Below are positions 1 through 12,471 of a DNA stretch of 64,000 nt, one piece after another (within the stretch, counting starts at the first letter, position 1; every line of letters starts with the position of its first letter). Location: contig JBHGNT010000021.1 of assembly GCA_043228905.1 (NCBI GenBank), positions 11,718,001 to 11,782,000 on the forward strand. The letters run 5' to 3'. The position numbers and the translations under genes were made by a program. The notes beneath the pieces are model-generated. The model worked only from the letters and a program-made list of their open reading frames with translations, made no database searches and was not told the DNA's origin. Origin of the DNA: Azolla caroliniana. Its lineage: Eukaryota > Plantae > Polypodiophyta.

Positions 1-781
1 AAAGAAGAGTTGTTTGATAAAGAGATTCTACTTCAGAATGAATTGATTCATATGTATATCAAATGTAGTGCACTTTTAAGAGCAAGAAAGGTGGTTGAAG
101 AAGTTAAGATTGGGGACACTGTATTTTGAACTGCATTCATTTCCAGTTATGCCCAAGAGAAACTTGTTGACGAAGCATTCAACTGCTTGAAACAAATGCA
201 ACATGAAGGCCAATCGCCCAATGAGGTGACTATCATTTATTTGCATCTTGAAAGCCTATAGCAGCACATGAGCACTAGACAGTGGTATCGAAATACATGA
301 ATTTGTATTAGTAGAGAGAGGATATCAGAACAAAATACTCAAGTTTGCAATGCATTGGTGGATATGTAAAATAAATGTAATATATGCTCACAAAAGCACA
401 AGAAGTGTTTGATGAGCTTTTTGGTTCGAAATATTGTCACTTGGACAACACTTCTTTTAGGATATGCACAACGAGGGCATGGAGAAGAGGTAGGTGCTTC
501 TATGCTTTCAAAGAATTGCACTGTGAGACTGCTATGCCAAACGTAGTTACTCTCTTGCTTGTTTTGTATGTTGAAAGCATGTGGTAGCGTAGCGTTGGAG
601 CAAGTAATAGAAAAAAAGGGGCAGAGAAAAACATTCCTTAAGATAATAAATGGGCAACTACAAGAAGATGTCTTGGTGGACGTGTATGCAAAATGCGGCA
701 TAATTGAAAAAGCTCAAACTGAATTTAATGGGATTCAGTGCCAAAATGTGGTATCTTGGACTGCCCTGATATCTGGATATG
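1..781 (+). pseudogene. PLS-class pentatricopeptide repeat (PPR) pseudogene, 5' part
   Basis: Degenerate PPR motifs in shifting frames (LIHMYIKC..., FISSYAQE..DEAFNCLKQMQHEG.SPNEVT, LVDVYAKCGIIEKAQTEF, NVVSWTALISGY) with stops and frameshifts; interrupted at 781 by a copia element. Confidence 0.85.
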
Positions 782-1745
782 TGTTAGGAATATGGAGCGG
801 AATCGGGATGATAAAAATTTCAAACACAATTAACACTTGATAAACAATAGATGAAACCACAAGAAAAAAATGAGAGAGTAGATCGAGATTTAACGTGGAA
901 AACCCAAAATTGGGAAAAACCACGGGAACCTTAGGTTCCGAAACAAATTCACTATTTTCTGAGTATACAAAGGTGTTGACAGCCTCTAGAGTTTACTCTA
1001 GAGATATGCACATATATTTCAAGGCTACCGCCTTGGATGCAATATTCACCCTACCAGATAGGATAAACAACAGAACAAAAACCAAAAACATAGAACAAAT
1101 AAACCTATAACAAGTGGACAGAAGAGTTGTTGTGACTCTTTTGGGTAGTCTAGACAACACCTTACTAGATCTCCGTCTTTACACTTGCAACGAGTTCTCA
1201 CTCTCGATCACCCTGTTCTCGAGCTCTCACACTTGTTTCTGTTTTCTTGCAGAGGCTTTGTTATGTTTTTCTCACACACCTCTTCTTCTCGAATCTCTAT
1301 TTTTCCAGCCTTAGTTCTATTCACTCATGTGCAGTTTTTCTCTGTAACGCGCTCTATTTTCTTTGGCTTTCTCTCAGTTTTTCCCTCTGTGCGTTTTTTT
1401 GTCTATGCCTTCTTTTTATCAGCCTTTTTGGAGTAATGTCTCCTCTTTTCGTATTATCTGCATTCACACATAGACATACAAAACACACACACACACACAC
1501 ACACACACAAGAAAAAAAAGGACACATAAAAAACGTATATATATATATTAATAAACATATAACTTTTTCTTTCTTTAGCTCTAAGTCGATTCGGCGTCGA
1601 GCCGAATCAACTCTCAACCTGAATCAACGCCCAACCGATTCAACACTCAGCCCGAATCAGTATCCAGCTGATTCAACACTGAGTTGGTAGTTGGCTCTCA
1701 ACCAACTCCATGTCATGGTCTCCACTTGAGTGGATAGACCCAACA
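782..1745 (-). repeat. 3' LTR of copia element
   Basis: tgttagg...cccaaca, adjacent to PPT; homologous to 5769-6865. Confidence 0.95.
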
Positions 1746-1769
1746 ATTCACCCCCTCCATCTCAAGTGG

Positions 1770-4700
1770 GGGGCACAACTAGGTTTGCCTTTTGTTTGCA
1801 AACATCAAGCTTCTCCCTTGACAAACATTTTGTCATCATGTCGGAGCCATTCTCATTTGTGTGAATCTTTTCAATTTGCATTTGCTTTTATTCAAGCACA
1901 TCTCTAATCGAATGGTATCTAACATCTATGTGTTTTGATTTAGAATGAAAGGAAGAATTCTTACTTAAATGCATAACTCTTTGGCTGTCACAATACAGAA
2001 TGAATCTTTCTTGAATCAGCCCCAACTCTTGTAGGAATTTCTTTAGCCATAGCAATTCCTTACTGGCTTCTGTGACAGCAATATATTCAGCCTCCGTTGT
2101 GGATAATGCCACGCATTTTTGCAGTCTCAATTGCCAAGAGACCGCTCCCCCTACAAAGATCATTAGATAACCAAGTGTAGACTTTCTAGAGTCAACATCA
2201 CCAGTCATATCAACATCTGTATATCCATCTAATATAGTTTGGTTCTCACCAAATTTTAGACAGACTCTTGAGGTACCCCTCAGATATCGCATGATCCATT
2301 TCACTGCTTCCCAATGATCTTTTCCAGGGTTCGAGAGAAAACGTCTCACTACACCAACTACATGAGCAATGTCCGGCCTCGTGCATACCATAGAATACAT
2401 TAAACTACCGACGTGAGAGGCATATGGTATTTGTTTCATTCCTTCTTGCTCTTCATCACTCGCAGGGCATTGAGCTGAGCTAAGTTTAAAGTGGCCCGCC
2501 CGCGAGTGGAGTGTTGACCGGCTTACTCTTAGCCATGTTGAATCTCTCAAGTACATTCTCAATGTACTTTTCTTGAGACAACCAAAGTCTTTTGCTTGCC
2601 CTGTCCCTGGTTATCTTCATACCAAGGATTTGCTTGGCTGGTCCCAAGTCTTTCATGGAAAAAGATTTGTTGAGTTCCTTTTTCAACTTCTCAATCTTGT
2701 TGGTGTCTTGACCAATGATCAACATATCATCAACATACAAGAGCAAAATGACAAAATCCCCATATGGGAATTTCTTAACAAACACACAATGGTCTGTGTT
2801 TGTTCTATTATACCCATGGTTCAACATAAAGGAGTCAAACTTTTTGTACCAAAGTCTAGGAAATTGTTTTAGGCCGTACAAGCTATTCTTTAACTTGCAT
2901 ACCAGGTTTTCCTTACCTTTGACTCCAAACCCTTCAGGTTGATCCATGTAAATCTCTTCTTCCAAATCGCCATGGAGGAAGGTGGTTTTTACATCGAGTT
3001 GCTCAATTTCTAGATCGAGACTAGCTGCAATCCCAAGTACAACTCTGATCGAGGACATCTTCACCACTGGTGAGAAAATCTCCTTGAAATCAATTCCCTT
3101 TTTCTGGTTGAACCCCTTCACATCCAATCTTGCCTTGTATCTTGGCTGTGAGCAATGTTCCTCAGTCTTGAGCCTGTAAACCCATTTGTTTTTCAGCACT
3201 CTTTTGCCCTTAGGCAACTTTACAAGATCATAAGTGTGATTGTCTTGCAAAGACTTCATCTCATCATTCATGGTGTCAAGCCATTCCTCCTTATGATCAT
3301 TTGCCATAGCTTCTCTAAAGCTTTCTGGCTCTCCTCCATCTAAAAGCATGACATATTCATGTGGGTTGTATCTAGTAGAAGGTCTTCTTTGTCTCATAGA
3401 CCTTCTAACCTCTTCCTCTTCTGGAGGAGTTGCTGAAATGTCACCTAGAGTATGATGGTCATGATTCTGCCCATCATCATCGTCCGTTGCATCATCAGCC
3501 ATATCATCATACTCCTCAGTATCTCCCCCATGACCTTGTGTGTCTTGAGTAGGCATTGGGTGTTCGGTAACTGAAAAATCAAGGGTGAGATCCGGCATTT
3601 CATTCGGCTCCGAATCTTGTAAGGTCTGATCCTCAAGGAATACCACATCCCTGCTTCTAATGACCTTCTTCTCTACTGGGTCATAAAGTCTATAGCCGAA
3701 TTCCTCATGGCTGTATCCCCAAAATATGCATGGTTTGCATTTGTCGTCAAGCTTGAATCTTTCATCTTTTGGGATGTGGACATAAGCCTTGCAACTGAAC
3801 ACTCTTAAGTGTTTGTATGACACCTCCTTACCTGTCCAAACCCTCTCGAGTACATCACCATCCAAAGGGATTGATGGGGACAGATTTATGAGGTCAACGA
3901 CAGTCCTCATTGCTTCACCCCAAAAAAAAATTGGTAATTTTGAGTCGGATAGCATGCATCTTATCCGCTCACAAATTGTCCTATTCATCCTTTCAGCCAC
4001 GCCATTGTGTTGGGGTGTTTTTGGGACACTTCTCTCTAGTCTAATACCATGCTCATGACAATATTCCTCAAATCATCCTTGATATTCACCGTCGTTATCG
4101 GAACAGATACATTTCAGCTTTCTTCATGTTTCTCTTTCCACGCTTACATGAAAGTTCCTAAAGATTTCAGACACTTGATCTTTAGTCTTTAATGCAAAGC
4201 ACCACAACTTCCTTGAGAAGTCATCGATAAACGTGGCAAAGTACAATGCTCCCCCAAGAGTTCTATCTTTCATATAACACAAGTCCGTGTGCACCAATTC
4301 CAATGGCTGAAATTTTCTTTTGGGGGGCAGGTGTTGAAAGGCAACTCTGTGTTGTTTGCCGGCCAAGCAATCAACACAAGTTTCTAAGTGCATACCTCTT
4401 ATCTCAAGTAAGATGTTCTTTCTAGCTAGCACCTTGAGTCCTTTCTTACTCATGTGCCCAAATCTCTTGTGCCACAAATCAATAGGGACTTTCTTATCGG
4501 CTACATTCACCTCTCCACTGGACACCATAGCACGCATTACATAGAGGGAATTCTCTTTTAGGCATCTTGCTAATACTAGCGAGCCTTTGATGAGCTTCCA
4601 TTTTCCTTCACCGGCTGAAATAATATTCAGCCGAATGTCCGGTACATGCCTAACATAATTTAATACTAGTTTGCAACCCATGTTCGTGGTTAGAATTATA

Positions 4701-5724
4701 TTTCGTATGCCAACAACCTCTATTATGCCGTGGTTAGCCATTTTGACTTTGCCAAAGTCACCACCGGCATATGACGAGAACATCTCTTGGTATGGAGTAA
4801 TGTGATATGAGGCTCCCGAGTCAATAATCCAATCAGTTTGTTGGCATGCTAAGCTAACACACACGTCATCACAAGCAATGACAATGACGCCATCACAAGT
4901 GGTTGTAGTGGGGTCATTGCTCTTATTATCGGTGGTTCCTTTCTTTTGGTCTTTCTTTTTCTTCCAATAGTCTCTCTCATAATGGTTTGGACCACCACAA
5001 TAACTACATGAAAAAACTTTCTTGAAGTCTTTTCTACTTCTAGACTTTGACCTCCCCTTAGAATTATTTCTATCATTTTGTGGACCCCTAGCATGGTTTC
5101 TTCCTCTAGAGGAGTTGTTTTCTATGACTAAGGCTTTATGGTCAAAGTTGGACTCATGCTCCTTTCATCGTGCTTCTTCATGTAGAAGATTTGACTTAAG
5201 CATGTCCAATGTTAGGTCCTTTTGTTGCGTTGCAGTCCCAAGCGTCACAACAAGGGTTTCCCAACTATCTGGGAGAGAGCCTAACAATAACAAGGTCAAC
5301 ACCTCATTTACTAGAGGTATATCTAGAGAGACAATTTGACTTATAAGTCCTTGAAACGTATTAAGATGCTCTGCCATACTAGAGCCATCTTGATACCTAA
5401 GTCTTACAAGTTTCCTAAACACATAGACTCTATTCAAAGCATTTTTGGTCTGAAACATACTCTCGATTTTTCTCCAAACTCGTTTGCTTTGGTTTCATCA
5501 CAAAAATTGTTATATAGACTCAGGTCTATGAAACATCGGATGTATGAATATGCCTTTAGATGTATGGCATCCCAGGTTAATGTATCTATGTTCTCGGGTT
5601 TGCTCGTACCATGTAGTACAGGCAACCACATGTCCTTACATACCAACATGTCCCTCATTTTGGACTTCCAAATGGGGTAGTTGGATCCCGTCAGTTTAAT
5701 CATCCCGCCTAATGATTCCTCCAT
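1770..5724 (-). pseudogene. Copia gag-pol polyprotein (disrupted)
   Basis: Gag (MIKLTGSNYPIWKSKM), protease WIIDSGASYH, integrase HKRFGH/C..C/VHTD, RT LYVDDML, RNase H GYTD.D and HIDVRYH across ORFs 5434-5910, 5165-5458, 4124-4864, 2486-4000, 1888-2562. Confidence 0.95.
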
Positions 5725-5768
5725 ATTCCAAGTCTTTGCGGAGGTATGAACTTCGCTCTGATACCACT

Positions 5769-6636
5769 TGTTGGGAATATGGAGTAGAATCGGGATGGTT
5801 AAAATTTCAAACACAATTAACACTTGATAAACAATAGATGAAACCACAAGACGAAAACGAAAGAGTACACCGAGATTTAACGTGGAAAACCCAAAATTAA
5901 GAAAAACCACGAGAACCTTAGGTTCCGAAACAAATTCACTATTTTCTGAGTATACAAAGGTGTTGATAGCCTCTAGAGCTTACTCTAGAGATATGCACAT
6001 ATATTTCAAGGCTACCGCCTTGGATACAATATTCACCCTACCAGATAGGATAAACAACAGAAAAAAAACCAAAAACACAGAACAAATAAACCTATTACAA
6101 GTGGACAGAAGAGTTGTTGTGACCCTTTTGGGTAGTCCAGACAGCACCTCGCTAGATCTCCATCTTTACACTTGCAACGAGTTCTCGTTCTCGATCACCC
6201 TGTTCTCGAGCTCTCACGCTTGTTTCTGTTTTCTTGCAGAAGCTTTATTGTGTTTTTCCAGACAACACCTCACTAGATCTCCATCTTTACACTTGCAACG
6301 AGTTCTCGCTCTCGATCACCCTGTTCTCGAGCTCTCACGCTTGTTTCTGTTTTCTTGCAGAAGCTTTGTTGTATTTTTCTCACACACCTCTTCTTCTCGA
6401 ATCTCTATTTTTCCAGCCTTAGTTCTGTTCACTCATGTGCAGTTTTTCTTTGTAACACGCTCTGTTTTCTTTGTCTTTCTCTCAGTTTTTCCCTCTATGC
6501 GTTTTTCTGTCTATGCCTTCTTTTTATCAACCTTTTTGGAGTAACGTCTCCTCTTTTCGTATCTGCATTCACACATAGACATACAAAAAGCGCGCGCACA
6601 CACACACACAAGAAGAAAAAAGGACACATAAAAAAC

Positions 6637-6671
<35 letters not shown>

Positions 6672-6865
6672 TAAACATATAACTTTTTCTTTCTTTAGCT
6701 CTAAGTCGATTCGGCATCCAGCCGAATCAACGCTCAGCCTGAATCGACGCCCAGCTGATTCAACACTCAACCTGAATCAATATCCAGCCGATTTGACACT
6801 GAGTTGGCAGTTGGCTCTGAGCCAACTCCATTTCATGGGCTCCACTTGAGTGGATAGACCCAACA
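5769..6865 (-). repeat. 5' LTR of copia element with internal ~121-bp tandem duplication
   Basis: tgttggg...cccaaca next to PBS; duplicated block starting ~6137 and ~6258 is single-copy in the 3' LTR. Confidence 0.95.
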
Positions 6866-6945
6866 ATATGGCCATCTAGGCTATATGAGGAGGTAGTTAT
6901 TTGAGTTATTCAACAAAAATGATGAGAAGGTATATGTACATAGAT
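6866..6945 (+). pseudogene. Continuation of the PPR pseudogene after the copia insertion
   Basis: Removing the element and one TSD copy restores ...ALISGY-GHLG(L)YEEVV..., a PPR helix continuation. Confidence 0.65.
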
Positions 6946-7163
6946 AGAGCCAAACTCCTCTCAATCCTAGAAGGAACTCTTTTCCTCCACCAACACATAT
7001 ACATATATGTATGTATATTAGGGACAAACCAATTGTACTAAGGCATATCTTCATTGAGGAATTGATTGGTTATATCCCACCCATGCTCGTTCCTGAACCC
7101 TAAACCCTAAACCATCATCCTGGTTCTTCTCATAGTGGTCACTATTGTTGGAGGAACGTAATC

Positions 7164-7268
7164 CCGGATGAGATCGTTCTCGAAGCGCCGAGGATGATTT
7201 TGGAAGTGGTATATGAACCGACATTCAGCAAAATGTCGCACGGGTTTTAATCGGGTTGGAGCCATTGA
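7164..7268 (+). pseudogene. Group II intron reverse transcriptase/maturase fragment (RT2 region)
   Basis: Manual translation PDEIVLEAPRMILEVVYEPTFSKMSHGF*SGWSH resembles the D.IVQ.A.RMILE..YEP.FS..SHGFR.G.S motif of group II intron RTs and nuclear maturases. Confidence 0.7.
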
Positions 7269-8332
7269 CGTGACAAAAGGAATAGAGAGCTTGTATTTCT
7301 GTTTAAAAAAAATTGACTTATGTAGTTACAAACTATTAGCCTTTTATAGACTTTCAACCTATATATTCATTATACGAATCATGATGACATGAAGATATTA
7401 GGTTGTTTCATTCGTTGCAAAATCCTAGAGTGGCATGCCAATTACAAAGTCATGGACCCATAATGTTCTAAAACTATGTGCTAGATAGAGCCAAAGTCCT
7501 TGTGTAACTAGTGGGAAATTTGGCTTGATTGAACGAATTACAAACACTTATTGACATATATAATTCATGATGAATATAAATATCTTTTGATAATTTAGGT
7601 TTATATTCTTCATGGTTATTTTGTGAGGGTTTGATGTTTAAGGTGGGATTGCGGCATGCTGTTTTATAACAATTCTTTTAGCCTATCCACATGCAACCAT
7701 AAAGTTCAATGTTATTATTTTTGCTAGAAAAAAGTGTTATGGATCCTTATCAGTGTGTTAAAGTTGACCACTATGGATGCATTGTTATAGGTCATATATA
7801 TGGGCTATCAAATGATGCCTTTAGAAGATTTTGAAACTTCATGTTCCATTCATGACCAACGATGTTGGCACTCATGATAACTATCATGATCATTGAATGA
7901 GTTGACTTAAACCTCTTGATAATAAAGGCATTAACAAGAGACTTAAACCTCACTCTCATGCCAACCATCTAGGAAAGTGATAGTGAGTTTAATACAGAAT
8001 GTTGTCATAGGTGTGCAACATATGTTTGTGCACCAAAAAACATCACTAACATAGCTAATGCACACATTGGCACTCAATATGCGAAATCCACAACCCAAGA
8101 TGGTCAACACAACGCAACACGAGATGCATTATTTTTCTAAGTAGAAAAGCCATTGTAACTATGAGTACAATTTCTCTAATTCACACACAAAAACATGTCA
8201 CCAACAACATCACAAATGCATACACTTTTCTAGATAGAAATGTTGTTGTAATGTGGCATGGGCAAAGGCCGAATGTAGGGAAATAAGAGTGAACATAACT
8301 ATAGTAAATAATTTTTGAAGTAATAAAAAATG

Positions 8333-8395
8333 AATGGCCTCCTAGCTAATGCTTTGGCTTGTGCAACATAAGGTCTTGGGTTTGAACCTTGTTAC
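8333..8395 (+). other. Degenerate tRNA-like/SINE-head sequence
   Basis: A-box-like TGGCCTCCTAGC and B-box-like GGGTTTGAACC at tRNA-like spacing. Confidence 0.35.
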
Positions 8396-11066
8396 ATGTG
8401 CGTGTGTTAACTACCTCTCCTTTATCTTTTTTGATGGAGGGTTTTGGGTACTCGAAGGTTTTAGCGGTATTTTATTTTCTGATTTTTAGGGTTTGTGAGG
8501 TATTTTTTTCTTCATTTTCTTGAGTTTAGTGTTCTTGTGTGTGTTGTGAGGGTGGCTATTGTGCAACTTTCATTCTAATTTATTTCGGCCGTTTATTGGG
8601 AACCTTTTGCTTGAAGGAAAGGGAGAGAAACATAGAAAAAGGAGGATCTTCAAGAGAAAGGCACGACCACCGTTTTTTGTGAGCTCATGTCACCAAAACT
8701 CAAGAGTTGTTCCTCCTAGTTTATTCCCTTCCTTTGGAACTATATTCGTAAGTGTCAACATCTAAAGTTTGTATTCCCCATTTGAACCATTTCTTGTATA
8801 CCTTATTTTGGAAAGGAGAATATATTTGTGTGAGCAAATTAGTGGATGTTGGCTCAATCTATGTTTGTCGTATTAAACAAGTGTACTTTTCAAGTCTAAG
8901 ATTTCTCGACCTAAGCCTAGCTTTCCTTGACTCGGCCCTAAGCTTTCATCATCTTAACCTTGGTTTTTCTCAATTCAAGCCTACACTATCAACTTGAGCT
9001 TACCCCAACTTGAATCAAACCTTCGATCTTGACAATGCTATTTCACAAAAAAGGAAATTTAGTCGAGGCAACCCACGAAAGGGCTTTAAATGTCTTCTCC
9101 CACAAAATCACAACCTCCTTGGTTCAAGTTCCTGAAGTCAAGTTAAAGTAGCACACACGCCAACACAACCTCACTCTTTATATAATGAACGTAATTTCTT
9201 GGGGAGTCCCATCTTAGAGATGAACAATCTTATTTTTTCTAGGAGGTAATTTTGGGCATTGCTCGGCGTTCACCCTAGTAGTACATGCTTAATTGGTTGA
9301 CATAGAAAAACATATCAAAAGAGGGAGATTTGGTAACCATGCACAAAATTCTATAATTCTTTAAAGCATTCATTGGGGAGCATCAAGGAAAATTGCACCC
9401 ATGTAAAGAGTATTTCCTAAATAATAATCAAAGATTTTGTATAAACTTCTCCCTAATATATCCAAAGTTATGTCTAATGCAAATAAGAGACAAGGCAATG
9501 CACATGGCTATTATTTGTATTCCCCAGATTGATTAATGATGATGTTTCTTATAATTTGCCGATTCTGGATTGATCCTGGCAATTTTCAATTCACAAAGGG
9601 TTCAAATCTATTATATATCGCCATTCACTAATGGTGTCTTATTACTGCATTCCAGGAGATGTGGACATTCAACATGTTCTTTTGAAGAGGAACCTATTTC
9701 CATAATATAATGCAGAAGTAGACAAAAACCAAACATACAAAAATGAGCAAAAGTGACTGTGAGCTGCAGCCTAACCCACTTTTCATCAAGAATGCATAAT
9801 TCTTAAATTTCATGGCAAGATGTTTTAACAGATTTGAAGCAAGAACCTCAAATGCATGGCTTGTCTTTGGGGTCTTTGCATGGTCTTATTATCAAGAAAA
9901 ATATAGTCAACGGTTCAAGGGATTATGGCTGTATTTGAGGGTAATAATGTACTATCCAAGGGTTATGACGATATTCCAAATTACAGATGTGAAGAAATCA
10001 TAATATTATATTAAGATATAGATATCTGCCAGTGATGCTGAACAATATTCATAATGTAGTGGATAAACATTGGCCTTCTCATGGTTCGATATAAATATGC
10101 ATCACCATAGTTGGGCAGCACAGCTCGCATCACTAACCTCTTGATGTTTAATTCGTTACATGACCATATCATTTTGATCAATACATGCGGCAAGTTGATG
10201 ACATCTGCTCGTATACAGTACAGTACAATACAATACAATAATCATCATTACATCTGAGCATTTTATCGTTAAATGTAATTGTGCGTGAGTATATTTTTTT
10301 TAAACTTTTATCCACATACAAATTGCTTTATTTGTGACGTTCCCTGTCAGCTCTGTATAATTAATTAGGACAAATAATTTGAAACCTTCACTTGGAGGGA
10401 GGGCCATGTAAGGTAGTCATTTTTTAAATGCCCGTCTCTGCGTATAATAGAAGAACTATGATATGAGGTTCTCTCAAGTCAATTATTACACACACCATCT
10501 TCTGAAACCCTCCCTCATTGATTGATGTTCTCGGATTAGGAGCTCATTTTCCTCTAACATCTCTCATCTTCATACCCACGTCCTCTTATTGGTGAAATAC
10601 ACAGCCCCACCAATTTCATTTCTACTCCCGGACTTTGGACCGTCAGCTTCCATGGGCAGTCTAATGATTGCCCATGGCTGCACATAAGAGTAGTATATCG
10701 GTGGTTGTCTGGTAAGTTTCCTCGCCAAAACCCTAAGTTAGACCTAAAGATCCCAATTCCTGCCTTTCCTTCCCTCATTCACTACAATGACCGGAGACAC
10801 TGAAGTAATGGAAACTGGGTCAGGTGAAGGTTCTTGACCACACGGATGACGGTACACTTGCAGAAATGCAGCAAATTACAAAAGAATTGACGATGCTGCA
10901 GATCCAAGTGACATTTTACAGAGGGGAAATGTAAAAAAGGGTTTGGAAGTGCCGGTTTGCTACTAATCAACTTTTCTACTATGAATATTGGCAGCAGGAG
11001 AAGATATTGAACATTCCCACAATAATCAAATCTGATAGGAAGCAAGAAGCTGCTGCATTCAGATGG

Positions 11067-12365
11067 GCAGCTGCTCAACATATAGAAATGTAATTTGTGT
11101 CTAGGCTTCCTAATACGTTGGGAATAATCCCATCAAAGGATAATAATGCCATCAAAGTCCAAGACTGTTAGGTTTTCTGTTTTAGTGTGTAAAATGAGCC
11201 TTGGACACCCAAAACTTATATTTTAAAATACTATGTGAAAAGGGTCACACTTAGATGGAGTTAAATACAGTGTGAAAAGGGTTACACATGCATCCTCATC
11301 TTTTTAGAGTGAGTCAAAAGAAGAAAAAAAAAGGGGCATTTTTTAGTGTGAAAGAAAAAAAACAGATTTCGAGAGCTTGCGCTCCCTTTCTTGGGCTACT
11401 CCTTCAGTGCTCTTGAGTACACTCTTAAACGCCAACATCTCAAACATCACTGCCATGTGCTGTGAGTTTTTGGTAGTTGTTTTTGTGTCTTTTAGTTGGG
11501 TTTAGTTGTTGAGGAAATTTTATATTCCTTTCTTTCTCATAGTACTCTTAACTTGTTTAGAGTAGAACTTTGGTGTATAAGATTTACATTGACAGTGAAT
11601 TATTTCTGGACTAGGTCTCGTGGTTTTTATCTCTTTGAGGGTTTTCCACGTTAAAAATGTGTGATGTATTGTGCATATCTTTTGTTGTGTGATTTCTTGT
11701 TTCCTTTGAATAATCTTGCACAATATAATCTCTGTCTCACATAAGTGATTAAAAGATACACAACAAAAACAATGCACAATACACCACAAATTTTTAACGT
11801 GGAAAACCCTCAGAGATGTAAAAACCACGGGACCTAGTCCAGAAATAATTAACTATCAATGTAAATCTTTATACACCAAAGTTCTACTCTAAACAAGTTA
11901 AGAGTATTATGAGAAAGAAAGGAATATAAAATTTCCTCAACAACTAAACCCAACAAAAAGACACAAAAACAACCACCAAAATCTCACAACACGTGGCAGT
12001 GATGGTTGAGACGTTGGCGTTTAACGGTGTACTCAAGAGCACTGAAGGAGCAAGCCAAGAAAGGTAGTGTGAGCTCTTGAAATCTATTGTTTTCTTTCAC
12101 ACAAAAAATGCCCGTTTTTTTTCTTTTAACTCACTCTCAAAAATGAGTATACATGTGTAAATCCATCTAAGTGTTTCCCCTTTTCACATTGTATTTAAAA
12201 ATATAAGTTTTGGGCATCCAAGGTCCATTTACACGCTAAAAAATGTGGACAGAAAACCTAATAGTAAGGACTTTGATGGCATCCTGGTTTATTATCCTTT
12301 GATGGGATTCCAAACGTATTAGGAAGCCTAGACACAAATTGCATTTCTATATGTTGAGCAGTTGC
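11067..12365. repeat. Large imperfect inverted repeat (copia-type LTR plus ~100 bp flank, duplicated head-to-head)
   Basis: 11067-~11690 is the reverse complement of ~11756-12365; left arm contains LTR-like tgttagg...tctcaca (11166-11741) with GGTTTTCCACGTTAAA motif. Confidence 0.93.
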
Positions 12366-12471
12366 ATGTACACATTCATACACAGTTATCGTCTCATGTG
12401 TATGTGTAGGTAGGTGTAGGAAGGTGAGGTGCGATTAGACAAGAGCAGCATACAATACAATACATACATAC

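Larger units (their letters stand above)
782..6865 (-). mobile_element. Full-length Ty1/copia LTR retrotransposon (Tnt1-like), frameshifted
   Basis: TG...CA LTRs at 782-1745 and 5769-6865; 5-bp TSD ATATG (777-781, 6866-6870); iMet PBS TGGTATCAGAGC (rc 5755-5766); PPT at ~1746-1757; gag-PR-INT-RT-RH order on minus strand. Confidence 0.97.

Noticed and set aside
895-1690. ORFs in the LTRs (also 5882-6849)
   Set aside because: Low-complexity frames spanning microsatellites; not conserved between the two LTRs.
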